Source: Micavibrio sp.
Lineage (GTDB): Bacteria; Pseudomonadota; Alphaproteobacteria; Micavibrionales; UBA9664
Length of the DNA stretch: 64,000 nucleotides
Direction: 5' to 3'
Assembly (NCBI GenBank): GCA_002699085.1
Contig: PAAR01000009.1
Span: 7,725 to 71,724 of the forward strand
Shown here: one piece after another, positions 9,555 through 20,413 of the stretch
Layout: each line of letters begins with the position of its first letter
Numbering within the stretch: the stretch's first letter is position 1
Notes under the pieces: model-generated
The model's database searches: none
Told to the model about the DNA's origin: nothing
The model's input: the letters and a program-made list of their open reading frames with translations, nothing else
Program-made: the position numbers and the translations under genes

Positions 9555-10913
9555 TTATTCTGCAACGTCAAGGATAAAAGCGGCGTTATCATTCATTTCG
9601 TTATTATTTGCGGCGGTGTTTTGTGTCTGTTGTGGTTTGTAAATTGTTGCCTTTTTAGGTGCTTTTATCAAAATATCAGTAATCAGCAGCTCTCTACCTT
9701 CTTCATTAAAAAAGTTTCCATTGCGTTGAGAAACATAGGTTAATACTTTTCTAAACGCATTATAAAGGTTTTCATTTGGTTTTTCAGATTTTGTCCAAAA
9801 ATCATTAAGATCTCCTTGGAAGGTAAGCCCGCTCATATTATAAATAGCCTGCCCTAGAGCAATTGTCGGCTTATGGTGATGAAGTGCTGAAAAAGCAGCT
9901 GTACTATTTATGGTGATAACACCCTTTGCAATCTGGGCTAGGCCTTTAAGGCGACCGCCATCAACAAAAATAACCCGATCTTCTACACCATAACGTTTGG
10001 CGAAACGGTAGGTTTTTCGTTCTAAGTTACTTATACCGTTATCAAGTGGATGGTTCTTAAAGACTAATTTTGTATTTAGAGGGGCGTTCTTTGCAAAGCT
10101 CTGAATGATGTCACGAATATATTCGCGCATTGACCGATAGGCGGAGTGTTTTTGTATTTGTGAGTCACCTGTAAGTTGAAGCAGGCAAAGATAATATTTT
10201 TCACGTTTTTGATACAATGATTTCTGAATTTGAAAAGCACGTTGTTTCCGCTTGAAATAGCTGAAGCTTCTCTTGACCCAGCTAAGTGCTTCTACTGTAT
10301 GTGACCAATGTCTGTGGGTTCTATAATAGGGGAATATAATCGTGCCTAAGAAGCAGAATAAATAATAGCGAAATGCATACCAACCTGTTTTTGAACCAGC
10401 AGGTGGCACAGGAATAGGTGTAAGAATTTCCTGTGATTTTGTGATAAGGGGGTGTTTAAGATAGTAGTCTGGGTCTTGTGGCAATTCAGAATTAGCGTTT
10501 ACTCCGCCATATTCATAGGTCACGTAATTTGGACGAATATAACCTTCTTCAAAAACATGGATATCAATGTTGAACTTTTTAGCTTCATATATTGCTTGTT
10601 GATGGATTGGACGACAATCTCCATATACATAAATATCTGTAATGGCATGTTTTGTTAGAAAGGCTCTGATAAAATTTGGCCAAGCACCCATAGGTTTTTG
10701 GAAGAGTAGGGCATCATTTTGACCAAGCCAATCAACAACATCCCCGCAATTAAAATGAATGCGTGTGGTTAAGTCACCTTGTTCTTTAAAAGCAGTGGCT
10801 AGTTCTTTAAAGAAAGGTCCCACAGGCCCCTGTAAGAAAAGGTGGTGCCGCTTCTTATTTGTTAATGGCTGTTGTTTAGATAAGACTGAAAAGTCAGTTT
10901 TATATTTAGCCAT
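9555..10913 (-). CDS. kpsS: Capsule biosynthesis protein KpsS (beta-Kdo transferase, LipB-like)
   Basis: 452 aa. The LFLQGPVGPFF N-terminus and overall pattern fit the Capsule_synth family. Overlaps the kpsC stop by 52 nt. Confidence 0.82.
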   Translation of the reverse strand: MAKYKTDFSVLSKQQPLTNKKRHHLFLQGPVGPFFKELATAFKEQGDLTTRIHFNCGDVVDWLGQNDALLFQKPMGAWPNFIRAFLTKHAITDIYVYGDCRPIHQQAIYEAKKFNIDIHVFEEGYIRPNYVTYEYGGVNANSELPQDPDYYLKHPLITKSQEILTPIPVPPAGSKTGWYAFRYYLFCFLGTIIFPYYRTHRHWSHTVEALSWVKRSFSYFKRKQRAFQIQKSLYQKREKYYLCLLQLTGDSQIQKHSAYRSMREYIRDIIQSFAKNAPLNTKLVFKNHPLDNGISNLERKTYRFAKRYGVEDRVIFVDGGRLKGLAQIAKGVITINSTAAFSALHHHKPTIALGQAIYNMSGLTFQGDLNDFWTKSEKPNENLYNAFRKVLTYVSQRNGNFFNEEGRELLITDILIKAPKKATIYKPQQTQNTAANNNEMNDNAAFILDVAE

Positions 10914-12898
10914 AATCTTGTCCCTTGCTGGCGTAGAAACTTATAAAGCGTTTTTGTTCCAGCATATGAAAAAATTTTTCTCTCATTATTTAAACGTTCT
11001 AGACATTGTTCGGCGTTAATAGGAATGCTATTTGTCCAGTCCCAGTATGATGGATAGCACAAAAGAGCCCCTGCAATCAATTTATTTAAGTTTAAACGGG
11101 TTTTTCTTCTGTTGATCGTTACGGAGTCATGGGTTAGCCCCCATCCAGCATAAAACGGCATACCGTAGCAATGGACTGACTTTCCAAGTAATAAAGCTTC
11201 AAAGCCTACAAGTGAAGTGATTGTATGGACAGCATCAATGTGAGGTAGAATATCTTGTATATGAACCCCTGTAATAACCTCGTCAACGTAATTTTTAGCG
11301 ATGTGAGTCGGTATATAGCCTATCCGGTTACCGCTTGTGACATCTGGGTGCGGTTTGTAGAGTATATAGGCTTTTGGGTTGGTTTTACGAGCTTCTTTCA
11401 ATAAATCTAGATTTGTTTTAATTTCCCCTATGGCACCGCAACGTATAGAAGCGTCATTGCTTACTTGCCCAGGTACAAAGATGATTTCTTTGTTTTTAGG
11501 CCATGCAGATTTATCTAATTGGCTATTATCAGCGTTATATTTACTCAGTTTTAAAGAAAGAATGGTTTTCTTAATTTCTTCGGCTTGTTTGAGGATATCT
11601 TTAGAAAAGTCGTTTTTGTTCAAAATTCTCTCTAAGTCAGAAGCGGTGTTAGGGTCATAATAAATACCTGTTTTGTCTAAAACGAGCGACATACCCTTAA
11701 CCAAATCTGAACCTAAACCAACAGAACGAATAAAGCCGTCTTCCATCCGTAGAAGCGTTGGATATTGTTTGCTTAGGGTAGGTGTCTCTTTAGACGCCCA
11801 AAGAACTAATCTATCATTTTTACCTAATACAGGTGGTTTCTTATGAAAGGTTATCTTGCCGCTTGTATGAGCTAAGAATGGTAGAATATGGCTTTGTTTC
11901 CAGCGTTTAAAACCAAGACAATGGTAATTTACATTTGTTTGGAAACGTTGTTGGCGTAGCTTATGTAATGTTTCTATCGTTGTTTCAATATCGGTTAGTT
12001 GGCCAGAATAAGGGTCTAAATAACGGCTATAATCAATGTAAGCGGCGTGAAAGAGTTCTTCTATAGAGCGTTTAATACCCTTCCGTCTTTCAATAGTTGG
12101 TTCTGTTGCACAGGCACCCCAGCCAGCATAAAAGGGCTGTCCAAAAACATGGACATTTTTGCCAGCACATAGGGCTTCAAAGCCCAAAAGGCTAGAGACA
12201 ACATACACATCATCAATAAGAGCAAAGAGCGAAGTTGGGGTTATGTTTTGTGTTAGGATAAGTGTATTCGGTTGCTTATAAAAACGTTGTAGATAGCCTT
12301 TACGGCGGCCAGCCAAAACGTCAGGATGTGTTTTTAAGAGTAAGAGCGCATCAGGGTGGTTTTTGCGTGCTGCCTTGAGCATCAATTCAAAACTTTTAGC
12401 ACATGCATTGCCATAGGTGATTGAGGCGTCCTTGTAACATTGGTCAACGATTAGAACGCATTTCTTTTTAGCGGGTATGCCAAGCTCTTTGCGTGTGTAT
12501 CCATGTCCATTATTATATTTGGATAAACCGTATTTTTGTATCTTGGCGATACAGTTTTTTGAGCGCTCTATTTCCTTTTTTGTGAATTTCTTGGTTTTTA
12601 GAATTTCTTCAAGATCAGAAGGTTTTGTCGAATCAAAATAGATGCCTGTTTTATCTAGAACGATTGATAGAGGTGGGTTTTTTTGTCCTTGAATAAAATC
12701 AACAGAGCGTAAAAAACCATCTTCTAAGCAAAGTGTTTTCTTTTTTGTTTTAAGTGCTTGACGCATAGAGGGACGACGTCCCCAGCCAGCCATTATATCG
12801 CTAGCTTCCTTATCGTCTGTAAGGCTGTAATCATGCAAGAAAACATCTATGTTTGGGATGTTTTTAATGCCTTTAGAACATAGATATAGTTTAGTCAT
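10862..12898 (-). CDS. kpsC: Capsule biosynthesis protein KpsC (tandem beta-Kdo transferase domains, LipA-like)
   Basis: 679 aa with two internally repeated Capsule_synth halves: ...EDGFLRSV...LDKTGIYFD... and ...EDGFIRSVGLG...LDKTGIYYD... Start ATG 12898 overlaps the kpsD stop (ATGACTAA). Confidence 0.85.
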   Translation of the reverse strand: MTKLYLCSKGIKNIPNIDVFLHDYSLTDDKEASDIMAGWGRRPSMRQALKTKKKTLCLEDGFLRSVDFIQGQKNPPLSIVLDKTGIYFDSTKPSDLEEILKTKKFTKKEIERSKNCIAKIQKYGLSKYNNGHGYTRKELGIPAKKKCVLIVDQCYKDASITYGNACAKSFELMLKAARKNHPDALLLLKTHPDVLAGRRKGYLQRFYKQPNTLILTQNITPTSLFALIDDVYVVSSLLGFEALCAGKNVHVFGQPFYAGWGACATEPTIERRKGIKRSIEELFHAAYIDYSRYLDPYSGQLTDIETTIETLHKLRQQRFQTNVNYHCLGFKRWKQSHILPFLAHTSGKITFHKKPPVLGKNDRLVLWASKETPTLSKQYPTLLRMEDGFIRSVGLGSDLVKGMSLVLDKTGIYYDPNTASDLERILNKNDFSKDILKQAEEIKKTILSLKLSKYNADNSQLDKSAWPKNKEIIFVPGQVSNDASIRCGAIGEIKTNLDLLKEARKTNPKAYILYKPHPDVTSGNRIGYIPTHIAKNYVDEVITGVHIQDILPHIDAVHTITSLVGFEALLLGKSVHCYGMPFYAGWGLTHDSVTINRRKTRLNLNKLIAGALLCYPSYWDWTNSIPINAEQCLERLNNERKIFSYAGTKTLYKFLRQQGTRLWLNIKLTFQSYLNNSH

Positions 12899-14600
12899 TG
12901 GCGATAGATATTGGCAGAGCAACAGCGATTGTGGCCTTAGATAAAACATCAAGAATTTCTTTGGCGACTTGTAGCTTGTTTAGCTTGAATTTCGGTAAAA
13001 CGATAATTTCGTCTCCCGCCTCAACATCTGTTTTATCAAACGGAATGCTTTCGCCATTGGCTTTAAAGACAAGAATACCTTTTTCGTCAGCAAAATCACT
13101 AAATCCACCTGCTTTGTTGATGTAATATTCTTTGCCTTTACCCTTTTTATAGACAACGGCTTTAGGGTCATAGACTTCACCATTCACAGTTACGAGCGCC
13201 GTTGCAGCAGGGACAATAATTTCATCATCATTTTCAAGTAACACGTTTTCGAATCCATCTTTTGTGCTGACAACAACACGTCCTTCAGGCTCAATCTGAC
13301 GAATACGGGCAATGAAGCGTGTCAAATACGCCACTTCCTGTGCCTTTTGTGCGGCATCTGCTGCATTAAGCGGTGTGCGTGACAGTGCTTTACGCTCCAA
13401 GCGGTCTAAAGATTCACCTAAAGATTTCTTTTGCTGTAGTGCAACTGATTTACGTTTTAAACGTATCGCATCCGTATTAGATAGCTTTTTATCAACGGGA
13501 ATATAATCAAGCACATCAACGAGTTTTGTACCTAATGGAACAACCATTTCGCGTGGGCCTTGGTGTTGGCCTTCGATACGAATGTTAATTAATTCGCCTA
13601 TTTTCCCTTGAAGGAAAGTAACACTATCGCCATCAAAAATACGCATGGTTTTGAAGGTTTTGAGATCAACATAATCTAAAAACGGTGAACCATTTCTTGT
13701 GCCTGATACAGAAACATTCGTGACATCAGGGAAAGGTGTTGAAAGTTTCATTAAGTCTTCACCAGTGATGATACTTTTTGTGAACTCAAAGCGATAATGG
13801 CTCTTCACAGATCCTTCAGCAGAAATAGAAGTTAATTGTGGTTTTACAAGGATTGTATCGCCATCTTTAAGTTGAGACTTAGGTGATACGCCTTCGTTTA
13901 AAAATGCATAGATGTCAAATGTTTCGAGTGTTTTACCGCCACGGATTAATTCTATGTCACGATATGAGCCACGCACAGGATCGATACCGCCCGCAAGACT
14001 AATGTAATGCAAAATGGTATAAGTAGATACACCGCTATAGCGACCTGGTGAGGTTACATTGCCTGTTACAAAGATAGAGACTGGCTGCGTGCCGCCTAGA
14101 TTTGTATAAACTTTTACATTTGATGTGTAGATACGGCGAACTTGATGTTCAACACGGTCGTTTAATTCGGATACACGAACGCCGCCAACAGAAACTGGCC
14201 CTACTTCTGGAATGAAGATGTTGCCTTGTTGGTCGACTGTTAGAATTTGAGAAAATGTTGTTGGTCCCCAAATAGACACATTGATTTGGTCACCAGGTGC
14301 AATTTGATAATTTGGGTTTAAGCCAGATGGCTTATCTTGAGCAAGTTGGCCTTGAAACAGTTGTGAACCATAAGGCAACAGTTCTTCTGACTGCTTTTTT
14401 ACATCAACAGCGGGCGCAGAAATTGGTTTGTCTTCAATTTCCTCTGCTTTATTTTGGCTTTTATCCTGAGTGATTTCTTCTGGGGTTGGGCCACTTGTTG
14501 TGACAGGCTGCTCAGAAGAAAGGCCTAAAAGCTCATCATATTGTGCGTAAGCGGGGAGCGTAAAGATCAAGCAAATGAAGATAGCAGCTAAAAAACGCAT
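12891..14600 (-). CDS. kpsD: Polysaccharide export protein KpsD/Wza-like (Poly_export + SLBB repeats)
   Basis: 569 aa. Signal peptide ends AYA-QY. Repeated GDxI.V soluble-ligand-binding beta-grasp-like segments. Size matches E. coli KpsD. Confidence 0.82.
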   Translation of the reverse strand: MRFLAAIFICLIFTLPAYAQYDELLGLSSEQPVTTSGPTPEEITQDKSQNKAEEIEDKPISAPAVDVKKQSEELLPYGSQLFQGQLAQDKPSGLNPNYQIAPGDQINVSIWGPTTFSQILTVDQQGNIFIPEVGPVSVGGVRVSELNDRVEHQVRRIYTSNVKVYTNLGGTQPVSIFVTGNVTSPGRYSGVSTYTILHYISLAGGIDPVRGSYRDIELIRGGKTLETFDIYAFLNEGVSPKSQLKDGDTILVKPQLTSISAEGSVKSHYRFEFTKSIITGEDLMKLSTPFPDVTNVSVSGTRNGSPFLDYVDLKTFKTMRIFDGDSVTFLQGKIGELINIRIEGQHQGPREMVVPLGTKLVDVLDYIPVDKKLSNTDAIRLKRKSVALQQKKSLGESLDRLERKALSRTPLNAADAAQKAQEVAYLTRFIARIRQIEPEGRVVVSTKDGFENVLLENDDEIIVPAATALVTVNGEVYDPKAVVYKKGKGKEYYINKAGGFSDFADEKGILVFKANGESIPFDKTDVEAGDEIIVLPKFKLNKLQVAKEILDVLSKATIAVALPISIAND

Positions 14601-14884
14601 TATTTTGTTCCTTCAAATAAATCTAAAATTTCCCATTCACCTTTGGCGTTTTTACATGATGTCATTTTTGGTGCATTCTCCAATTTTCTGACCTGACATT
14701 CTTTTTTACTCGCTGAGGTGTAGCTAGAGATGATAACAGAATTATCAATGTAATAAGGGTTAGCGGCTGACTTTGTTGATGTGGCTTGTGGCGCAGGTAC
14801 AGTTATTGGCACATCATCATTTTGAGAAGAGGCGCAGGCGCTTAAAGCTGTACAAAGTGTTATTAAAAGAATTCTTTTCATCAC
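14600..14884 (-). CDS. Small lipoprotein, unknown function (first gene of the kps operon)
   Basis: 94 aa with lipobox LSAC at residues 14-17. Its stop is coupled to the kpsD start. Confidence 0.6.
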   Translation of the reverse strand: MMKRILLITLCTALSACASSQNDDVPITVPAPQATSTKSAANPYYIDNSVIISSYTSASKKECQVRKLENAPKMTSCKNAKGEWEILDLFEGTK

Positions 14885-14890
14885 AAAAGG

Positions 14891-17530
14891 TTATACCTGC
14901 TTTTGCTTTAGTCTGTAAAGCCATTCTAATGCTTCTTTGGGGGAAAGATCATCTGGGTTAAGCTCGTTTAATAATTCTATAACGGGGTTTTCTTGTTTCT
15001 TTTCTGCTGTCTTAGTTGCGTCAAATAAGGGTAGATGCCCTAATTCAGCTGTATTTTTTGTCTTTTCCAATGTCGCTAAAATTGCTTGTGCTCTTGCTGT
15101 TACAGAAGCTGGCAGGCCAGCCAGTTGACCAACATGAATACCGTATGAGCGATCAGCGGCCCCTTTGCCAACACTGTGTAAAAACACAATAGAGTCTTTC
15201 CATTCCTTAACTTGCATGGCGTGGCACGAAAGTGCTTTAAGGCGATCTTCTAAGGTTGTCAGTTCATGGTAGTGGGTCGCAAAGATTGTGCGGCACTGGT
15301 TAACGTCGTGTAGATGTTCGACACAACCCCATGCAATTGATAAGCCGTCATAGGTTGAAGTGCCTCGGCCAATTTCATCTAAAATAACAAATGATTTGTC
15401 TGTTGCTTGATTAAGGATAGCGGCAGTCTCTACCATTTCCACCATAAAAGTAGATCGGCCAGAAGCAAGGTCATCAGATGCGCCTACACGGCTAAATACC
15501 TTATCAATAAGGCCGATAGTTGCCGATTGGGCAGGGACGTAACTACCGATTTGAGCCAATATAGCAATTAGGGCATTTTGACGCAGGAATGTTGATTTAC
15601 CAGCCATGTTAGGCCCTGTTAAAAGCCAAATACAATCTTGCTCGTTTAAAACACAGTCATTGGCAATAAACTTTTCAGAAGAGCTTTTGCGAAGAGCTTG
15701 TTCAACCACAGGGTGGCGTGCTTGTTGTACGTTAAAGCGCTTGTCTTCGGTAATGGTCGGGCATGTATAATGCTCTTCAACGGCTAAGTCAGCGAGCGCT
15801 GAAAAAACATCAAGGGCGGCGAGCGTTTTGGCAATACGTTTAAGGGCAGGGGCGTTTCCAGTGATTTGGGTGACAAATTGTCCAAATAACTCAATTTCTA
15901 TGGCGAGTGCTTTGTCGGCGGCTTGTGAAATGTCACGTTCAAGGTCTGATAAATCAGGTGTGGTGAAGCGCATAACACTAGCTAAGGTTTGGCGGTGAAT
16001 GAATGGGTTATCTTTTTTCTCATCATCATTAGCACCCACTAAAAGGCTGTCCCCATGCTTAGATTGTACTTCAATAAAGTATCCTAATACATTGTTATGA
16101 CTTATTTTTAATGTCTTTATTCCTGTGTTTTCTGCATACTCACCTTGTAATTTGGCGATCATTGAGCGGCTATCTTGGCGGATTGTTTTATATTGATCGA
16201 GCTGTGCATGATAGCCTCTAGCAATATAACCGCCATCTCGTGTTAAGGCTGGTGGATCAATAATAATGGCTTGCTGTAATGTTTCTAATAACGCACTGAG
16301 TTTTGGATCTTGGGTAAGACTGTCCATGAAAGTTTTACCTTGTTCTGACTTAACCAAAACATTCAGTAAAAGCTGAGATTTCTCTAATGCCCGTTTGACA
16401 TTTTCTAGATCACGAGGTCCGCCACGGCCAATGGTTAGGCGTGCGATAGTGCGCTCTAAATCAGGCGTTTCTTTTAATAAGAGTTGTAGTTTCTCACGTA
16501 AATTCTCATCGTCTTTGAGCCATGTCACTGTTGCGAGGCGTTCATCAATTTGCGCCTTATCAAACAGAGGGGCTGATAACCAATCGGTTAAAAGACGTGC
16601 CCCAGCCCCTGTTACGGTGCGGTCGATGGCGTGCAGCAGTGAACCTTTACGTGATCCAGTTTGTGTTTGGGTAAGCTCAAGAGAACGACGTGTCGCTGCA
16701 TCAATCTCCATAAAAGCGTCAGTCTTTACCTTTTGTAATGGCTCGACATAGGGCAGCGCCCCTAATTGTGTGCGGTTAATGTAATCAATTAATGTGCCTG
16801 CTGCGGTTATATCAACTTTATCAAAGCTGCCGAAGCTATCCAGTGTTTGAACTTTGTAGAGTTCTTTAAGATTTTTTTCGGCGGTACTGCTATTAAAACG
16901 GATATCAGGTTCAATGCTAAAAAGTGCTGTAGGTAGCGGCAATTGTAAGGCTGTATAAAGCCCCTCACTAATCAAAATTTCTGAGGGATCAATGCGGCTA
17001 AGGCTCGCTAAAATATGGTTAGGGTCTATGTTTTGGACATAGATTTCACCTGTTGAAAGATCACACCAAGATATGGCAATGTCCTCACGAATTTGTGCGA
17101 TACAGGCGAGGTAATTACTTTTTCGTGGTTCAAGAAGTGTATCCTCAGTCAATGTGCCTTGCGTGATAACACGCACCACTTCACGTTTTACAAGGGCTTT
17201 ATAACCGCCACGTGCTTTGGCTTCTTCAGGGGTTTCAACTTGGTCACAAATAGCGACTTTAAAGCCAGCTTTGATAAGTTTGGCTAAATAACCTTCGGCC
17301 GCATGAAAGGGAACGCCACACATAGGAATGTCTGTCCCTTCTGTTTTACCACGCTTGGTCAGGGTGATATCTAATGTTTCAGAAGCTTTTATGGCATCGT
17401 CAAAAAATAACTCATAGAAATCGCCCATACGGTAGAACAACAAGCAATCAGGATAGCTGTCTTTAACAGACAAATATTGCTGCATCATCGGTGTGTGCTG
17501 AGATTTTTCTTGAGCTTGCGTGGCGGGCAT
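14891..17530 (-). CDS. mutS: DNA mismatch repair protein MutS
   Basis: 879 aa. TPMMQQY...[11 protein letters not shown] mismatch-binding N-terminus, Walker [10 protein letters not shown], and the STFMVEM motif. Confidence 0.97.
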   Translation of the reverse strand: MPATQAQEKSQHTPMMQQYLSVKDSYPDCLLFYRMGDFYELFFDDAIKASETLDITLTKRGKTEGTDIPMCGVPFHAAEGYLAKLIKAGFKVAICDQVETPEEAKARGGYKALVKREVVRVITQGTLTEDTLLEPRKSNYLACIAQIREDIAISWCDLSTGEIYVQNIDPNHILASLSRIDPSEILISEGLYTALQLPLPTALFSIEPDIRFNSSTAEKNLKELYKVQTLDSFGSFDKVDITAAGTLIDYINRTQLGALPYVEPLQKVKTDAFMEIDAATRRSLELTQTQTGSRKGSLLHAIDRTVTGAGARLLTDWLSAPLFDKAQIDERLATVTWLKDDENLREKLQLLLKETPDLERTIARLTIGRGGPRDLENVKRALEKSQLLLNVLVKSEQGKTFMDSLTQDPKLSALLETLQQAIIIDPPALTRDGGYIARGYHAQLDQYKTIRQDSRSMIAKLQGEYAENTGIKTLKISHNNVLGYFIEVQSKHGDSLLVGANDDEKKDNPFIHRQTLASVMRFTTPDLSDLERDISQAADKALAIEIELFGQFVTQITGNAPALKRIAKTLAALDVFSALADLAVEEHYTCPTITEDKRFNVQQARHPVVEQALRKSSSEKFIANDCVLNEQDCIWLLTGPNMAGKSTFLRQNALIAILAQIGSYVPAQSATIGLIDKVFSRVGASDDLASGRSTFMVEMVETAAILNQATDKSFVILDEIGRGTSTYDGLSIAWGCVEHLHDVNQCRTIFATHYHELTTLEDRLKALSCHAMQVKEWKDSIVFLHSVGKGAADRSYGIHVGQLAGLPASVTARAQAILATLEKTKNTAELGHLPLFDATKTAEKKQENPVIELLNELNPDDLSPKEALEWLYRLKQKQV

Positions 17531-17533
17531 TTA

Positions 17534-17989
17534 TTACCCCGCAGTACCTGTGGACCCAAAGCCGCCAGCACCACGTGCTGTCTCTTCTAAATCTTCAACC
17601 AATGAAAGGGCGGCTGTTTCGTATTTCGCAATAACCATCTGGGCAATACGCATACCACGCTCAATAGTGAACGGCTCTTTACTGTGGTTAATAAGGATTA
17701 CTTTAATCTCGCCACGATAATCGGCATCCACTGTGCCTGGTGAATTTAAAACAGTCACACCGTTTTTAGCTGCAAGACCTGAACGTGGGCGTACTTGCGC
17801 TTCATAACCAGCGGGTAGGGCAATCGCTAAACCAGTTGGCACCATGGCCGTCTCACCAGCGCCTAATGTTAATGTATCATCAATCGCTGCGAGTAAATCC
17901 ATGCCAGCTGCTTGCTGGCTGGCATAAAATGGGAGAGCCAAATCTTTTGCATGGTCTAATTTTTTTACAGGGACGGTGACATTATTCAT
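17534..17989 (-). CDS. dut: dUTP diphosphatase
   Basis: 151 aa with the [17 protein letters not shown] and RIAQMV motifs of trimeric dUTPases. Confidence 0.95.
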   Translation of the reverse strand: MNNVTVPVKKLDHAKDLALPFYASQQAAGMDLLAAIDDTLTLGAGETAMVPTGLAIALPAGYEAQVRPRSGLAAKNGVTVLNSPGTVDADYRGEIKVILINHSKEPFTIERGMRIAQMVIAKYETAALSLVEDLEETARGAGGFGSTGTAG

Positions 17990-19215
17990 TACGCTATATC
18001 CTTTTCTTTACTACTCTTAGAGTCGTAAAAGAAAAGAGTGACTTTTTCAACGAGCTTTTGGGCGATATCCACTTTTGATTGCGTTCTCCATGTCTCTGTT
18101 GCGTCTTTTGTGAGTAATAAACAGCTATTTTGATCTGCGCCGAAGGCAGGGTTAGCTTTTGAGATTTCATTAGCGACAATCCAATCGCAGCCTTTTCTTA
18201 GACGTTTTGCTATAGCGTTTTGTTCTAAATTTTCTGTTTCAGCAGCAAAACCAATGACCAAAGCAGGGCGGTTTTTATGCTGAGAAATCGTTTTTAGAAT
18301 ATCGGGATTTTCATTTAAATTAAGGATAGGCGTTTGGCCTGTTTTCTTGATTTTCTGTGCTGCTTTCTCAGCTTTCCAATCTGCAACAGCAGCGGTGAAA
18401 ATAGCAATATCAGTAGGCAGTTGTGCCTCACATGCAGTCATCATTTGTTCTGCTGTTTGCACATCAATCCGTGCCACATTGGCAGGTGTCGGTAAATTGG
18501 TAGGGCCTGAAATAAGCGTTACAATAGCACCGGCTTCAGCCAGTTTTTGGGCAATCGCATAACCTTGTTTGCCAGAGGAGTAGTTACCGATAAAACGTAC
18601 AGGATCGATCGGTTCATGTGTTGGTCCAGCCGTTACAATGGCTGTTTTTCCACTTAACGGTTTATGAATTGTTTGGTTTAAAAATTGTGCCACAAAGCCA
18701 AATATTTCTTGTGGTTCTGGTAAGCGTCCAATACCAAATTCACCGCAAGCCATAGAACCTTCATTAGGTTGCATGATGGTTACGCCTCGTTGTCTTAGCG
18801 TTTCAAGATTGGCTTGTGTTGCAGGATGTTCCCACATTTTTACATTCATTGCTGGCGCAACAATTACTGGTTTATCTGTTGCCAGTAGACAAGTGGTGGC
18901 TAAATCACGACACAGGCCTTGCGCCATTTCTGCGAGTATATTAGCTGTAGCAGGAGCAATCAAAACAACATCTGCTTTACGAGAAAGCTGGATATGGCCA
19001 ATTTCTTGCTCATCATCAAGTGAGAATAGATCGGTATAAACTTTATTTTCTGAAACGGTTTGTAACGTAAGAGGGGTTACAAATTGTTCGGCTGATTTTG
19101 TTAAGATCACCGTGACGTCAAAATCAGAACGTTTGAACAGGCGCACAAGCTCGGGACATTTATAGGCCGCTATACCGCCAGAAATGATAAGGAGAATAGA
19201 GGGCTTATTGGGCAT
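17989..19215 (-). CDS. coaBC: Bifunctional phosphopantothenoylcysteine decarboxylase/synthetase CoaBC
   Basis: Flavoprotein N-domain ([13 protein letters not shown]) and DFP C-domain (GNYSSGKQG). Start moved to ATG 19215 (MPNKPSILL), since the upstream extension has no counterpart in CoaBC. Confidence 0.92.
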   Translation of the reverse strand: MPNKPSILLIISGGIAAYKCPELVRLFKRSDFDVTVILTKSAEQFVTPLTLQTVSENKVYTDLFSLDDEQEIGHIQLSRKADVVLIAPATANILAEMAQGLCRDLATTCLLATDKPVIVAPAMNVKMWEHPATQANLETLRQRGVTIMQPNEGSMACGEFGIGRLPEPQEIFGFVAQFLNQTIHKPLSGKTAIVTAGPTHEPIDPVRFIGNYSSGKQGYAIAQKLAEAGAIVTLISGPTNLPTPANVARIDVQTAEQMMTACEAQLPTDIAIFTAAVADWKAEKAAQKIKKTGQTPILNLNENPDILKTISQHKNRPALVIGFAAETENLEQNAIAKRLRKGCDWIVANEISKANPAFGADQNSCLLLTKDATETWRTQSKVDIAQKLVEKVTLFFYDSKSSKEKDIA

Positions 19216-19462
19216 TTGTTGTTGTGTCTTCTTGAGAAAACGTGTTGCTTTCAGCCATTTTTGCATTGGCTTGTTCTAGTGCTTCATTCGCCCGCTTTAG
19301 AGACTCAGCGAGCACTTCACGTAAATCCTGTTCTGCTTGTGCATTACCAGATGCTGGCTCAAGATCAGCAAAGAACCCACCTTGATTAAATGTAGGGTAG
19401 AAAAATGCAGCGCCGCCAACGGCGAGAACAGCAATAACAGCAAAAACAACAAACTTTTTCAT
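19205..19462 (-). CDS. Small membrane-anchored protein, unknown function
   Basis: Start taken at ATG 19462 (MKKFVVFAVIAVLAVGGAAFF, one TM helix) followed by an acidic helical tail. No recognisable family. Confidence 0.5.
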   Translation of the reverse strand: MKKFVVFAVIAVLAVGGAAFFYPTFNQGGFFADLEPASGNAQAEQDLREVLAESLKRANEALEQANAKMAESNTFSQEDTTTNAQ

Positions 19463-19522
19463 AGGAATCCTTTTTAATTTTCCAAACAATACGTTTAATG
19501 CAAAAATTATGCAAGTTTTAGG

Positions 19523-20281
19523 CTATTTACCTGCTTTTTTACCTGAATGCACGGCAACAACGCCAAAACTCATGTTTTTATAGTTTGATTTATCAAATCC
19601 AGCCTCAGAAATGCGGCGTTTTAAGTTTTCTTGATCGGGATGTTTACGGATGCTTTCAACTAAATATTGGTAGCTTTCGCTATCACCAGCAATGATTTTG
19701 CCCATTTTGGGGATAAAATTATACGAATACTTATCATAGGCTTTGGCAAGCAATGGGTTGGTCACATGGCTAAACTCTAAGCACCAAAAAGTCCCATTAG
19801 GTTTCAACACTCGATGTGCCTCTTTAAGTGCTTTATCGATATGCGTGACATTCCGTAGGCCGAAAGCGATCGTGTATGTATCAAAGCTATTATCGTCAAA
19901 AGGCAATGTCTCTGCATTAGCGGTGACAAAGTCAAAACCTGTAATGTAACCACGATCAATCGCACGATTACGACCAACCTCTAGCATATTAGGGTTAATG
20001 TCCGAGACTGTGATTTGTGTGTGTGGTGATGTTTTCTTACGGATACGGAAAGCGATATCGCCAGTGCCGCCAGCAACATCTAAGAATTTCTGATCGGCAC
20101 GAGGATTAATCATCGATACAAAACGGTCTTTCCATATGCGGTGCGTACCGAAAGACATGGCATCGTTCATCATGTCGTATTTCTCGGCAACAGAGTCAAA
20201 AACCCCGCCAACGAGTTTTTCTTTTTGTTCAGGCTCAACAGGCGTTTCGCCAAACCATTTACTTTCAGGGTTTTGTGTCAT
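19523..20281 (-). CDS. ubiE: Demethylmenaquinone/ubiquinone C-methyltransferase UbiE
   Basis: 252 aa with VFDSVAEKYDMMND and the SAM motif LDVAGGTGD, typical of UbiE/MenG. Confidence 0.93.
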   Translation of the reverse strand: MTQNPESKWFGETPVEPEQKEKLVGGVFDSVAEKYDMMNDAMSFGTHRIWKDRFVSMINPRADQKFLDVAGGTGDIAFRIRKKTSPHTQITVSDINPNMLEVGRNRAIDRGYITGFDFVTANAETLPFDDNSFDTYTIAFGLRNVTHIDKALKEAHRVLKPNGTFWCLEFSHVTNPLLAKAYDKYSYNFIPKMGKIIAGDSESYQYLVESIRKHPDQENLKRRISEAGFDKSNYKNMSFGVVAVHSGKKAGK

Positions 20282-20311
20282 GGAGTTTATTTAGCATGAA
20301 TATTTTACTTT

Positions 20312-20363
20312 GTCATGCCCGCTTTATGCGGGCATCCGGATCCCCGTATAAAACGGGGATGAC
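20312..20363. repeat. REP-like 52-nt double-hairpin element, copy 1
   Basis: gtcat[GCCCGC-tttat-GCGGGC]atccgga[TCCCCGT-ataaa-ACGGGGA]tgac. An outer 5-bp stem encloses two GC-rich hairpins. Sits in the divergent ubiE/murJ intergenic region. Confidence 0.85.
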
Positions 20364-20413
20364 ATCATAAAAGGCTCTGTACCTTTTAATACATCTTGTT
20401 TAAAAAGAAGGTT

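Noticed and set aside
9210-9743. 177-aa plus-strand ORF antisense to kpsM/kpsS. Similar long antisense ORFs lie at 44979-45458 (tig), 47076-47525 (lon), 16395-16751 (mutS), 55489-55800 (sulP), 38190-38507 (kinase) and 33550-33804 (ychF).
   Set aside because: All lie entirely within strongly supported genes on the other strand. They show skewed, low-information composition and no recognisable motifs, so they are typical shadow ORFs.
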